Both the position numbers and the translations under genes were made by a program. The notes beneath the pieces are model-generated. The model was not told where the DNA came from and did no database searches. It saw nothing but the letters and a program-made list of their open reading frames with translations. DNA of 63,915 nt, filler included, from Sphacelaria rigidula (Eukaryota), in NCBI GenBank assembly GCA_964200075.2. It is 6 parts of 6 records of this genome, joined end to end, with 100 filler letters (N's around TTAATTAATTAA, not from the genome) between each part and the next. Parts side by side here need not be neighbours in the genome. Positions count along the whole stretch, not along the records: positions 42,683 to 53,249 come from CAXNAA020006263.1; positions 53,350 to 63,915 come from CAXNAA020006264.1; 4 more parts are not named here. One strand, given 5' to 3'. Positions 50,777-63,915 of the stretch are shown here, in pieces (within the stretch, counting starts at the first letter, position 1; each line of letters opens with the position of its first letter).

Positions 50777-51200
50777 CACGAGGTTTTGCAAACTGCGGAT
50801 GGACTCTGTTCTGGGGATGAGCCTCGGGAACATTGATGTGAATCAAAGTATTTCCGAAGTGAACCGCAAAGGCACTCTCCGGTCGTGATGTATGATATCA
50901 CTCACCCTAGAAGTTAATCATCCCATCCGCAATTTGTACAACTCCCGTGTTAACAGGGGATCTGACAACTAAGAAAATGGCGAGTGTTCTGTACGGGAGT
51001 GAACGGAGGTCGAAATTGTAAGCATGAGGTTTTACAAAATAAATGCGGATGCATTTTCTTGAGCATGAGCGAGGCTACACATCACGACCGGGGAGGGCAT
51101 TTGCATCTTTTTCCGAGAACAGTTTCTTGGTGTTCATGCAGGTTCCCAGGCAGGGCTCATCCTTAAAAACGACTCCACCCGCCATATGTAAAACCCCGTG
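50777..51200. mobile_element. Foldback MITE, same family as 3839-4256
   Basis: cacgaggttttgca ... tgtaaaaccccgtg termini; shared core. Confidence 0.7.
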
Positions 51201-51959
51201 TCAAATGATCACCATGACCAATCGGAATTACTGTCACCATCCTACCCGTTACCAAGCAAACCGAGTTCTCCCGTTCCCATGTAGATCGTTACCGAGTAAG
51301 TCCTCACTCCCCATTTCCATTCAAGTGATAACCGCGCAAATACTGGCATTCCTGTGGCTTCTCATTACCACCCAAACAAATACCGCACAATAAATAGACT
51401 GCCCCCAATGACTGCACGATCAAGCAAAATGAACTCACCACTGCTCAGTTTACACTTCGTTCACGAGTAGGCCACTGGTATGCGGAAAAAGCTTGTATGA
51501 TGGATAGGCCGGAGTCTCAGTCCCCACCGGACCCCCCTTACATTGCATTTCTCTTTTTTCTTCTTCCATCTATCTCTTTGTATCTTATTGGGTGACGTTT
51601 GTTTTGTCGAGTTGCTTTGTCAGGGGCTTCACCCTAAGAGGATCCTACAGGCATTTAGTCGGTGAACACAGTCCTTCGGCCAATGGTAGTAGTAGTACTT
51701 ACGATGCAGCCACATCTGCTGACGGCCGTGCTGTGCCCCCAGCCTCCTTGAGTCTGCCCACTGCGTTCAGCAGGCTAAGCCCGCATTTACTATCTTCCAT
51801 TCGAGTTTTGTGTATACAATAGGTCCACCCTGGGTCCATGTACGACTTCGTGCTGTTCCGATGTTCAAGCATAAGTTATGACCGTGGGTTGCCGCGCGCT
51901 GAAGAAACTCGCACGAAAACAAAAACAACACCATCATCACCGCGGTGGCTAGTTCCCGT

Positions 51960-52180
51960 ACCAGTAAGTACCAGGGTGGCACGTTGCCATCCGAAAATTG
52001 CCGTGCCGGACCAAGATGAGGCTAGTACCTGCACCAATGAGTACCAGGTTGCCCAGTTACCATCCGAACATTACCGCGTATTACCAATAGGGTGACTGGT
52101 TTCTGTACCGATGAGTACCAGGGTGGTTAGCTACCATCCGAACATTACCGTGCATTACCGTGATGACTGGACATACCGTG
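51960..52180 (+). repeat. ~75-bp degenerate tandem repeat (gagtaccagg...taccatccgaacattaccg), ~3 copies
   Basis: Repeated blocks at ~51967, 52039, 52113. Confidence 0.7.
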
Positions 52181-52321
52181 GTGAACGCTACCCCGCAAAA
52201 AGACATATATCACAGTGAGCCTTAGTTTTTGGTTTTGTTCATTTACTCTTTATTATCTTGATTTTATGTGTACCTTTTTTTTCATTTCTTTCTCTTTTCT
52301 TCGTATAATTTCTTCTATTAG

Positions 52322-53210
52322 CAGCCGATCATCAAGATTGAGAACAGGGCTTTTCATTAAGGGTGATAACCCGGAAAACTCGACTCTTCGCATCCATACC
52401 GGATTTTCGAAATACCGTTGCATCACCGGTCGCCCTTGTGGCTCAGTTGGTAACCTCGACACCTTCTGACTGTTGGGGTCGTGGGTCCAAATCTCGGAGC
52501 GATCTGGGATTTTTCCTCACACCATACCCGCCAACAGTGGAGAGCGACTATGTCGCGGGTACAAACAATTCGACTTGACGGTCGACGAGGAAAAGGGACT
52601 GCCGAACCCCTCTCGCGATAAAAAATCAATGCAAGCACCGCAGAAGGAAGATGGAGAACTAAAACAAACAAAAACGCAAATAAAAACTCCTGTGTTGACC
52701 TTCCTCTTGTGTGACCCCGGCCGGTGCGCCCACACATACCGGAAGGTGGAGACCGCAGCGTCCAGAACATATATTATAGAACGACAACACACACAAACAC
52801 ACCTTCCTCCACCTCCTGCTGGTAGCTATTAACAATTACTACTCGTCATAAAAAATTGGATATCGATGACCCAAATGTTGGGGTTGTAGGTGAAAACAAT
52901 ATCTGAGAAATCTAGGTGATCTAAACGGACCGCCCGGTTTCCCCAGAATCTCTTCTTCACCTAGGACCCCAAAACTTTAGGTGTCGAAATTCAAATTTAT
53001 AGGGCGAGTAGTAGTTGTCGATAGCTACCAGAAGGTGAAGGAATGGGACCATATTTCGGAGAATTGGTTGTGGATACGAAGATTTTCATTTTTCGGGAAC
53101 CCGTCATCATCCTCAATGAAAAGCTCCGTCCTCCATTTTTATGATCGGCTGTTTACGGTTTCAGTTCACTTATTTTATTTGAGCCATCCTACGATAGGGG
53201 TGGGGGTATT
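52322..53210. repeat. Inverted pair of a dispersed repeat (cagccgatcat...gcttttcatt.agg.tga); also at 63850-63903, with a related segment at 10673-10700
   Basis: 52322-52375 (+) versus ~53105-53151 (-); 53183-53209 is the reverse complement of the contig 2 start. Confidence 0.6.
52428..52524 (+). mobile_element. tRNA-derived SINE head; body probably continues 3'
   Basis: A box TGGCTCAGTTGG, B box GGTCCAAATC; homolog at 31761-31856. Confidence 0.65.
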
Positions 53211-53249
53211 TTGGGCCATTTGTTGCTCGAAATTTCGAGTCAGATCGTC

Positions 53250-53349
53250 NNNNNNNNNNNNNNNNNNNNNNNNNNNNNNNNNNNNNNNNNNNNTTAATTA
53301 ATTAANNNNNNNNNNNNNNNNNNNNNNNNNNNNNNNNNNNNNNNNNNNN
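53250..53349. other. Artificial contig linker
   Basis: N44-TTAATTAATTAA-N44. Confidence 0.98.
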
Positions 53350-56300
53350 CACACACCACAAACCCGCAAAAGCGCACACAAGGGGGGGGGCCCCTGGGGC
53401 ACGGAGCTTTTGACGTGGGTTTGGGGGGGGGGGGGGGGGGGTGTATCCGCGAGAGCATCCACTCATGCACGCATGTTGGGGTTCATGTGGCACCTTTTCC
53501 CTTTTCTACTGCGAGCAGAAGTCCAAAGGTAAGATCTACGAGTGAACTATCCGCGAGTGATAACGTTGGTGAAATCCAAATATTCCTACATCGATGCAAC
53601 ACTATCCATCTATGATAATCTGTCGGCATTACAAGTGTCTTCATTATCCATATTTAAAAAAACTCGTGACCCTCTCATTCATCGATGGGCAAAATCAACT
53701 CACCCGAAGTGCGCGAGTCTGTTGTGCTTGGGTTCCTCGCGCCCTTCAGCCCCCCTAGCCCCCCTATGGGCGAGTCGGTAATCTCGAATGCACCGGCCCC
53801 TTTCTGCACAGGTAACTGCTGCTCACCCTAGTAGCAGTCGGCAGTGGATCAGCACTACGCAGCTAGTTGATATCGGACGAATCATTCCGCCAGCTAACGT
53901 AAAATAGGGAGCACACTGCACAGTGTGGGTTCTCAGCAACATGATGCGAAAACTAGTAGATCACAAATCGGTACTTACTCGGCAACGGGGGTGGCCCCAG
54001 GCTCAGTCGAGATAATGCGGATGGGTCGGATGAAGAGGTTATTCTCAGCAGGGTCTGTCTGAAGGTCAGGGTTCACGATCCTGGCGCCGGCGGCACCTTC
54101 AGCTGTTTGAACGCGATACACAGCAGCAGTGGTGGCAGCAGCACGTCGGCTGTGTGATGTGCGGGTCTAGTTGCTTCATGTACCACTGTCCGTCGTGAAC
54201 TACGCGAGCAGCCGCTACTCCTGAGTGCGATAAATCACACTCCAATACCCACACCACGGTATGATGTGTCTCAAGTGAGAAAAAAAAAAAGAGTTAGGGG
54301 AGGGGGAGTGATAACGAGTGTATTGACGATAATGAAAATCCCGTGATGTGTGCATGGATGTGCGATGTCGACATGTATCCACGTAGGGACATTTGATTCT
54401 CTTCTGGTGCATTTCCGCAGTTGCTTGACCATCTATGGACATCAGGAGAGGTTAGTCGTGTAAGTACACCTCTTGCCAACTCTAGGCAACAAGTTCTGAT
54501 TCTGCCCCTGTCAAATGACAAGTATTGTCATGCTTCAATAATGTGATATTTTGGTGTACGATGGAATGCCCACAAGAAGTACCGATGGCTTCATCGTATC
54601 TCATCACACGTGAAAAAGGTAAATATATTACGCCAACCGTGGCCGCGAATCAAGCAAAATCATCCGAAAGAGGGAGCCAGTACTGCTTTCTTACCCGTTA
54701 GCCCGATGTTGGAAGGGGACAATAAGTCTCCTTCGAAGTATGCCTGAATACCAAGCTTGGGAGTGAAGTCAGGATGCTCCGACGTCTCGGCAACGTCGAA
54801 GTACACGATGCGAACCTTGAAGGTGGCGGAGTACTCAGAGAGAGCAGCGAACTGAGCGATAGTCGCCGGCAACCCCACGTAGACGGCATTACACTTCCCG
54901 TGACCAACATCAATTACCAACTCCGTTAGTAGATCGTCACCAGGATCAACAATAATGACCTGCTTTTTGTAGCGCACGCCAATGTCCGATCACCGTGAGC
55001 GAGAACAGTTCACACCAACATTGGGCATGATGGCACATTGCGAGAAAGGAATGGAGGGGGGGGGGTGGAAGAGTCAGTGGTACTGAGGCAAGCATCGTGT
55101 TCCACGGTGCACGTTTTGAAGTCGTGGAGACCAATGATATATATGTATATATATATGTATATGTTGACTCCTGAATAAAGTGGCGTGGGAAACAATATAT
55201 CGTTGAGCAGAACGTGTGATAATGTTCGCTTCGTTCAAGATAATAAATTGCCCGTTGCGACGCCGGATACTGGACTGCATCGTTTGCTCTTTACCTATAC
55301 ACTCTGCCACATTGTGAATCTTCAGATTATTCCTATACTGAATGGATTACCAATCTCGTGTACAACGCCGGTGTGTCTGGTCTCGGTTCTCACCGGACTG
55401 CCGGACCAATATCCCTTGTAGAAGATATCCATCATGTACGGTCCCGCCGTGTTCTCGGTCTAGCGATGTTTTGTATCAAGATTCATAGGTGGGATAATCA
55501 CACGGCGTACGAAGGGGGATAAGGCGGGGAGACGTTACGGAGGCAGAGGGAGGAGCAAGTGGGAAGCGGGCAGATATCACCCCTGCAATAGATATCAAGC
55601 AGTACTTCGAAACACCAAGAATCTCATAGTTCAGAGCATAGCACCTGTCGTCGAGTATACCAAGAGCCATGTACAGATGTATATACGGCGGAACTTATAG
55701 CGTTTAATCTGTTCAGGAATAAAGACGTGGGACACACACAAGACCCTTTACCTGCATTGTCATACAGAGCGAGTAGGACTCGTAGAACCGTTCGAGATAC
55801 GTGGGAATATCCGCAGCACCACACGACATTCACACTCAATGTCGAACCCGAATCATCAACCCACGCACGAGCATAACCTTTCCACTTACCTAGGACAAGT
55901 GTGCTGTCACCTAAGCGTAACGGTCGGTATTGCACGTACAAAAGGCTCCCGATGTTTGATGGAGAATATCGCGCGGTCCAGGCTCTTTCAAACCACCATA
56001 CAAAGTGCCTGATGGACCATCTTCAAGCCGGCCGTGGCATTTATCGCATGATGACTACATCAGTCGTCGAAGCGATCGACATATCTCACATGATCGATCT
56101 CCGAACCATTCAAGCGGCACGAACGAGAGTCTTGGATGTACCACGCATGGGTTCCCCGTGGAGAGGAACCTAATTTCATCTCAAGAAGGCAACGCGGGCG
56201 CAACATATGTTACATGTTTGTAAATGTGTTCGTGTGTACTTACGATTGAAGCAGGCGTGAGGATGCAAGGCACCAGGTCCACGAGGACTTCACTAGCGGG

Positions 56301-56912
56301 AAGCTCAGCCGATGAAGAGGAGATCACGTTGACCTCTGTGGTGAGCGGCGTTGTTGCTGATTCAACATTGCACACGGGATGGCGGTAGGCACGAGCGGGC
56401 AGGGGGGGGGGAAGGAGTAATCGCGCGGTCATTGGGTGTGCACGCAGAGTATGTGGCCGGGTGGCCGGTACAGCCGATGTAAACGTGTTGGGCCCTGTAC
56501 AAGGTACAAATGCTTTCCATGCTACAGGTGGTGCCTAATACCTTTTGTTTTGTACCGCCATTTTTTGCGGTGGGGCATGCAAGATAGGAATTTCGGTGCA
56601 GAGACGAGCGAAAAGGGAGGGCGACAGGGATGCGTATAGTGTATTGAGTTTTGCTCCTCCTCGTATGGCTGTGGTTATGCGGCAGACGTCGCTCTACATT
56701 TATCATGCACATCATATTTCGAAAAACGCTTGGTTCTGTGACAATATCGGCACAAACTAATCCAGGGGGAATCGCTCCCTTCTTTCGAAAATAGCCATGT
56801 GTGCGCGTGTAGCACCGAGCACAAAGGTTTAGTCATCTGCTGCACCTGCTGAATGCGTCTACCCCACCGTAGCTTTCACTGGTGTCCCCACCGCGAAACG
56901 ATTGCGTTTCAG

Positions 56913-57252
56913 TAATTTCATCCACCACTCGGGAGACGACCGGAACTGTGGCCCGAAACCATTTCCAGCTTCATCAAGTCTTCACAGTAAGACTCCCTAT
57001 ATTTTTCCCGAGGACGTTGTGAAACTTCCCGCTATCTCTGACCAGACTTTCCGTCAACGACTTGGTATTTCCTGTCATATCCGGCAGGAGTCCGTCACCG
57101 AAATGATACTTTCCGTCAAATATGGTGAGAACCTCAACAAATCAGAGTACTTCCAGGCTTGTCGCGTGGTCGCACGTGGGAGCATGCTCTTGCTTTTCAC
57201 GCATGAAATTCAGGCTCTTCTCGCGGTCCGCTCTCGCATTTCAACGGAAAAG
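56913..57252 (+). CDS. Possible exon of an unknown protein
   Basis: TTTCAG acceptor, open frame, AAG|GTAAGC donor; no recognised motif. Confidence 0.25.
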
Positions 57253-58726
57253 GTAAGCTCACACTAGCATTATCATGAGGTATTTGTCGAGCACTATAAA
57301 CAGAAGTAGCTCGCAACGGAGTATGGGTGGGTATTTTCGCTTGATTGATTTGATTCAGTTGTTTCGACCGCGTGCCATGCTAGAGCGGCTCATTATTGGT
57401 TCTTCGTGAATGTGTCTGATTTTACTTCACTACGCTGTGGCCAGAGATCGTCTGTTACAGGGGGTGGGGTGTACTTATGATCTTGCACGCCCTAATCATA
57501 AGACCATTGACCTCGCATCTCTGTAAAGCCAGGACGAAGCACGCCAGGGTTTCGCCAGACCAGGCTGAAAACCACCAAGCGGAAAGGGGGGGACTGTGAA
57601 CATGTTGGAATGACGGACAAAACCAGGTGGGAGTTCCTGCCCCATTTCGTCCAACCCTTACAGCCTTCAAACCCTCCTGTCTTGCCGCGTAATCGTTTCG
57701 GTCGTGGGCAAACGTTCCCGTCCCATCTCGTCGGTTCTCAAGCCAATCGTTCCCATCTCACGTTTTGTTCGGCGATGGGAATTCCCGCTCCGAAGTCCCG
57801 TGATAGGCCCTGGGATACAAAGTGTTTTACACAAACCTCGTCTAGATTCAGAACACAGCAGCCGCCTTTGCCACGACAGATATGCCCTACCTCTTGTTAT
57901 CAAATATGTATAGGGGATATTTCTTTGTCATCACCAACCCACCTCGTACAGTGCCAAGTGCCGCAATAAATATTGATGAAATTGCCGCCTTCATCGTGAT
58001 TGCACTGTCGTCCTCTTCGGTGTTGGTGCTGCTTGTGAGGCTTCCTGCAAACAGGCACGTAAACGACAAAGAGGTGGTTTAGAGTAAAACGGCACGAGAA
58101 CCGCGAAACGTTGAGGGTAAAATGACATGAGGGGGGAACAAGAATGTACAAAATTGTCGATGGAACGGATTGTGAGGAGTGAAGGGTGGTATATCATTCC
58201 AACAAACAACAGTTGCAAGGAAAGTTTCATTTTCCGCTGAAATGGGTCGCCATGATATAGCGCAGCTGTACCCTGCGCCAACGTTTTGTACAGCGAGGAA
58301 CAATCGAAGGTTTGGCGCCACCAGCGAAACATCATAGAATCAGATTGAGCTTACATCGTGTATACACTTCGCGGATTATCCCGCTACGCAAAAGTCCTTC
58401 CAACAACGGTACCTTCTTCTGTCCAGCCCTGATCGGCTTTCAGCCGTGTCCTGTGATAGACCGTTATGGGTGTGCCCGTTGAAGTGATGCACGGAATACG
58501 AAACAAGAGACACCACGTATGTGAAACATCGACACTGCGCTTCAAGAACTTCGATAGCCTGAGCATTGCCCACCACGAAGTTCAACTGCGGACAGTTGGC
58601 TTCCTCTTTGATACAGCGTCGTGCTGGAGACAACCAAATGTAAGCATATGCTTAGACCAACGTCAGCATGGGTCAACTCTAATTCGCCAGGACCCTTGTC
58701 CGGCAGGACGAAACACGTCGTTCGAA

Positions 58727-58908
58727 GCGCATGATTTTCGGACGATTTGCCACGCAAGGGCTCAGCGAAGCTGACCAGCCTTCCAAACACAGGGAAGGCC
58801 CTTCAAGTGTACCTACCGTTGTCTGGCAGGGTGAAATACATCTTTCGACGCGCATGATTTTCGGACGATTCGCCACGCAAGGGCTCAGCGAAGCTGACCA
58901 GCTTTCCC
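58727..58908 (+). repeat. Near-identical ~58-bp direct repeat, copies 123 bp apart
   Basis: gcgcatgattttcggacgatt(t/c)gccacgcaagggctcagcgaagctgaccagc at 58727 and 58850. Confidence 0.9.
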
Positions 58909-59302
58909 ACGCAGGGGACGTAACTTGAGGACAACCTGCATGCGCTAATGGCTATCGCGCGCAAAGGAGCACGAAATATTTTGTTCCTGTACGGTAGGGT
59001 GGCCAAATACTCACAAAATCGGGTCACTGACGCGAAGAGCGTGTGCAGATGACATCTTCGGGTCGAGGAAGGGCGGAAAAGTTTGAGGATGCTGCGAATT
59101 CAGACGACACAGAGTCTATTCTCATTTGAATGTCGACTCTGGAGCAAATGGCGGTACAAATTGTAACGGCTCAATGAACCGTGAAACCGTTTCACGATAT
59201 ATACACATCTTTTCGTTACATTGGATATTTCCAGGGCACTTATCGTTACACGTCATAAGTTATCGTTACAAGTCACAAGTTAAGCGTCGGGGGAGGCAAG
59301 TA

Positions 59303-59389
59303 CTACGGCGGGGGACCACGTGGAAAGCCCTGGTGCTGTCCTTCAAAGTTAAGTTAAATCGGGGTTCCCCATATGGTCCCCCACCGTAG
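59303..59389. mobile_element. 87-bp mini-MITE/hairpin flanked by TA
   Basis: TA|ctacggcgggggacca ... tggtcccccaccgtag|TA. Confidence 0.65.
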
Positions 59390-59894
59390 TACTAGCCTGG
59401 CCCAACGACGCTCAACTAGGCCTTAGCTCCGTAAGCCCGGTTTTCGAAAAAACTAAGTTTTATTATTTATTATATAAGCTCTCCCCCCTTGTTTTATGGC
59501 CCACCTTCAGCTTTTTTCAGCGAAAATTTGCGTACTTTATGCGCCCCCTTCGCGTCCTTGTTGTGGCGTTGTGGCCGTATCTCCTCACGAGGCGCGCCTT
59601 CTAGCATAAGGAGAAGACGACAATTTGGGTATTCAAAGTTTTAAAAAATGTTTTTGATTGAAAAATGGGACTTTTCTCCGATCATTGAGTTCGAATGCCA
59701 CCCCAAACAACCTATCGAGACAACGTGTACGTACTACGTACACTCATGATACATGATGCAGCAGTGGGTCATGGCAGCCTCTGGACACAGAGTACTGCAG
59801 CATTTGGCCTCTCGCCTGGCAAGCTTCAAGCTACAAGCTATCGCCCCCGCCCCCCCCCCATCATCTACCATCAGTCGACATGAAAAATCGTGTT

Positions 59895-60240
59895 AAACTT
59901 CCGGCTCCGATTGTACTTGAGCATGACCGCGGCTTCGATCTGTTCACCTAACTAACGCCCTCTCCTGGCGGAATCTAAACACCCCCTCAAAATGGAAAAT
60001 ATCCCCTCCATAAACGCGGACGATGGCTGAATAAGTACGATGTCCATCGCCACGAGATACCAAGTGGGAAGCCTTGTTTTGTTATCGTCCCAGAACGACA
60101 GCAAACCGTAATTTGAGTGCGCGCCCGAGGCCGCGACCAAAAAGTCATCCTTCTCGGACAAAAGGCCCGCCATGACCTCAGGGGTCACGAGGAAGGGGAA
60201 AACAGCAAGCTGGCGGACCTCCTCCCCGGTGTAGCCTGTA
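59895..60240 (-). pseudogene. hAT-type transposase C-terminal dimerisation domain relic
   Basis: LSFWDDNKTRLPTWYLVAMDIVLIQPSSAFMEGIFSIL ... EQIEAAVMLKYN. Confidence 0.75.
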
Positions 60241-63200
60241 CGCTGCTTAATACACACGGAGTATATAAGCTAAAGCTGTAGGTTGCAAGCTGGGCAATAT
60301 ACAATGGGCCCCATAGCACAACTAGTGTACAAAATATTGATAACATTTTCAATTTAACATTGTATCAAACATATAAGACACAAACGGAAACGTTTTTCGG
60401 ATCAGACCCGCAACCATGGCAGTTTGGAGTATTGATTATTGAAGCCTGTCAAGTGACGAGTAACGAGTGACGAGTCACGCCATAGGCCTTACGGAGCACT
60501 TTCAAGCAGCTGATACACTGGCTGCAGGAGGCGCATGGAAAAATATCGCAATTTTATGCGCGTTTCGATCACATTTTAAGCTTTTCAAACTTTTCAAGCT
60601 CTCTTCAAGCTTTTCCGAAAAAACCTTATTTAAGCCCGAAAACCTCAAATTAAGCTTAACCTTGAGCGCGCTTACGGAGCCAATGCCCACACTCAACTTG
60701 GGACATGTACAGTGCCTTGTAATTTATATTACAGTTTTTCAGGGAATATCTTACACCGGATAGAGGAGCTTGTTACAGTAGGGCACGATGGCAAAGGGAT
60801 GATAATGCTCTGAATCAAAGTTATCACACTACCAGACGTGGTTAACGTTTTGAAAATCAACTCGGTTCACGCCTTGAACGTGTCGGAGCAAGGATTCACC
60901 AAGTTTTCGAGATTCGGTAAAAGTTGACCGAGAGTGGGAAAGGTCCGACTGAGTTGGTGGTTCAAAAATATCACTCAGGCGACTAAGGTTTGGGGTTTCC
61001 GGACTCCGCAGCACACTCTTTAAGGCGGCGCACGAGAATATCAGCTCGTAGTATCCCTCCTGAAGCTGATGTGCAGCGTGTCGAGGCCTTCATACCGCTT
61101 GAATAGTACGGTGCTGTCGTTTCTTTTCAACAATATGAAGGCGGTATATCGAAGGACCAGGCGCCCAGACACAGCGCACCAGCGTCGGAGGATGCTGAAT
61201 GTTCACATCTGTGTAGGTCAAGGCCACAGGTAGGTCTTGACGTAGCAGTATCGGTGAACGAAGGCGTTTTGCTTGCCGAGTGGGTTGAAAGGATGATTAT
61301 GCACCACCCTGCCACTTCTTTCGGAACATTTTTCACTTTCTAGTTGCAGCTATAGCGGGAACGAAATCAGATCGGCGTGGAGGCCGCGGCAGATCTTGCC
61401 AGTATAGCTGAACTCTGCCCGCGTATCGATCGATGATGCTCGCCGCAACGTAGATGATAACCACGACTCAGTCTTCCTTATGCCTTCAAGGTTGCTACCG
61501 TTTGTGGTTTTTGCGTCGTCTTGCGCGCAAGACGCGGCCGTACAACCGACTCGAAGAAAACTGTGTCTTCAGCCAAGAACCACTGTGAAGGTGTTCGGGA
61601 ATGGGGGAGCGTCCTCTTACAGACAGTACCAGAGCTTGCCCACCCGGCATCAAGCTCAAGACTGACCACAGCGAGAGCGACTTCTCTTGGCCTCCTTCTA
61701 TCGGGATCAACCAATAATTCACGAAGGTGCTCCCACGTGAATACATTGATCTTCATTCCGGCATCACGCGCAGGCAGTAAGTACCGTATACAGTATACCA
61801 CCCGCGGTCAGAGCACATTTAACTGAACTCCTGAAAGAAACGTTTGTACATGTAACTGCCCCCAAGCCCCGTCTTGACGTGAAAGACAATTGAGAATCAG
61901 ATTTTGAGGAGGAGAATGACTTGTGGCGTTCAACTTCTCTTCTGTCCTCACGATTGCTCGGCTGGAACTCTACAATCATCACTCGCGAAGTCACTCTAAA
62001 AACGATCAAGATAATGAGATAATTAGTTTTCAAAATATTAGTGTACAAACGGGTGGGCGATGACCGAACGATAATTTGTTGCCCAGAAGGCCGCAGCAGC
62101 TGTGTAACCAGTGGCACCGGGACCATGTGTATGCGTATTGTTTCCTCCTCATTTTCATTTTTTTGCCCTCGAATAGGACAGTCAGGTGTGTAATGTGTGA
62201 GAGGGTCGCGGGCGTAGAGGACCGCATCGGAATTTGAACATCCCTATGGTCAGGGTTAGGGTCAGGGTTAGTGTTGGGGTTATAGTCAGGGGCGTCGTAC
62301 CTGCAGGTACTGGCCCGATTGATTTTGAAAAACGTCGATCCTAAGGTGTTTCGAACTACGGCGCGGTCCTCTAAGCACGCAGTCCTCTCACGCATTACAG
62401 GGTGGATGGTTTCTCGTGATTGAGACAAGCTCTATTGGGAGCCGTCCAAAAACTTCTGTGGAAAACTGGATATAGGGCCCTTCTCAGTCGCCCGCAAGGG
62501 AGGCTAGGCGGATGTTGACATCTTTGAATGACTTGCTCCATCCGTCGAGACCGTTCCACGGCAACTTCGCAGTCCCCTTGGTTGCAACGCTGAAAACAAA
62601 GGCTCGGGATTGATTCGTACGATTCGAATCAGCTGTGATAAACTGAGTGATTTCCAGACGAATCATCATTTGTCCGATCCTTGAATCTTTCCAAATTGTC
62701 ATGATTTTTCACGTTTTTTTGTGTTTGATTTTTCGTGATTGTTTTTGTGATTGTTTTTGAACAAATTGATCAACAAACACTATCAAAACCGAAAATTCTG
62801 GCGAGCTTTTCCGAGGTTCAGATATTTGCTTCTGCTCCTTACCCGCACTGTCCCGATGACCTCGGATGCCTGCAACGCTCACACAGTCATGTACAATACA
62901 CGAGCGCACGATATACCGACAGCCTGTAGCCAAAGTGGCAACATTATCTCACGCCTCGCCAAATTTTCCCGGAATACCAGTGGTAGGTAGTCGAGGCATA
63001 CGACACGGAAGATGATCCCATAAATGTAATCATGGTAGGTGATGAGCTTAGAGGGGCGGTGTGTCGTCATCTGAGCGGTCTCCATGCCAAAGATCTCTGT
63101 ACACGGCAGCTGACCGCACCCGCCAACGCTTCGGTATTTGACTAGGGGACAGCAGGCTGGCGTTTCCCCCCCCCCCCCCTCAAACACTCGAATTTTCGAT

Positions 63201-63915
63201 CTTGGGGCCTACGTGTCCCGAAATGCATTTTTGGCAGACCCTTGGGTGGGAAATAAAATTCCGATCTGATACATCTCGAGAACAACGATGTAATAGTCGA
63301 AATCACGACCTATCAGGTCGGAGTTTTCCTTTTCCACCACATATTTTCGACCAACAAATAGTGACTAAGACACGCCCCGAGCTTTGATCCAAGATGACAT
63401 TGGATGGAAATTGAGTCGGAAAATCTCTCATTTGAATTTCAGAATGACTTAAAGGCCCCTGATTGGTCCAGAAACATTTTTGCCACCACCAGTGCCGCGG
63501 CAGTGGGCGCAAGAAATAATCTGGTCATGTCACACTGTTGGCTCGATTGCTTGTGTGGGTCGTTATGACACCAATACGTTTATATCGGACAAGTTTCATC
63601 TCCTGTATTCGCGGGAAATGATGATTACACAGGCACCGTAAGTAAGGTACCGTGCCGAGCGTACCCCCGGTTTTTACCGGAATCCCATACCGTGGTATGC
63701 GTAGGTATCGTGGGTATTAAGAAGGTATTGAAATCTCGAGATACGCTGGTATCGTAGGTATCATAGGTGTGACATCTCAAAATAACGGATTGGGCGGGTA
63801 CGGTAGGTATTGAATGATCGAAATACCCTGGTATTATAGCGGGTATCAACAGCCGATCATCTATGTTGAGGATGGTGCTTTTCATTGAGGATGAGAACCC
63901 GGAGGATTAAAATCT

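Noticed and set aside
52428-52500. Functional tRNA gene
   Set aside because: B box is degenerate, stems do not pair, and similarity with the second copy extends beyond tRNA length, which fits a SINE better.

Overview
Eukaryotic, intron-rich and repeat-rich DNA. Gene structure and TE types fit a flagellated stramenopile such as a brown alga (inference). The window is not one locus. It is six contigs of 10572, 10572, 10570, 10568, 10567 and 10566 bp, sorted by decreasing length and joined by 100-bp N44-TTAATTAATTAA-N44 linkers, so adjacency across linkers is artificial. Host genes: two phase-compatible N-terminal exons of cytoplasmic dynein-2 (IFT) heavy chain (contig 1) and one exon with the YGDTDS motif of DNA polymerase zeta/REV3 (contig 4). 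Contig 2 is a decayed chromodomain-bearing Ty3/Gypsy element. Contig 5 holds a decayed Ty1/Copia element. There are also Gypsy, pogo and hAT relics, several MITE families and a tRNA-derived SINE. The most unusual structure is at about 35.1-36.8 kb: a TIR-bounded array of about 28 regularly interspaced units with a 42-43 bp period, each a CAATATATATTG palindrome, 6 variable nt, CAATAT, then 18-19 variable nt. Spacer lengths are fixed but spacer sequences are nearly all different. Also notable, six Trp codons of the Gypsy pol have become stops by G-to-A changes.
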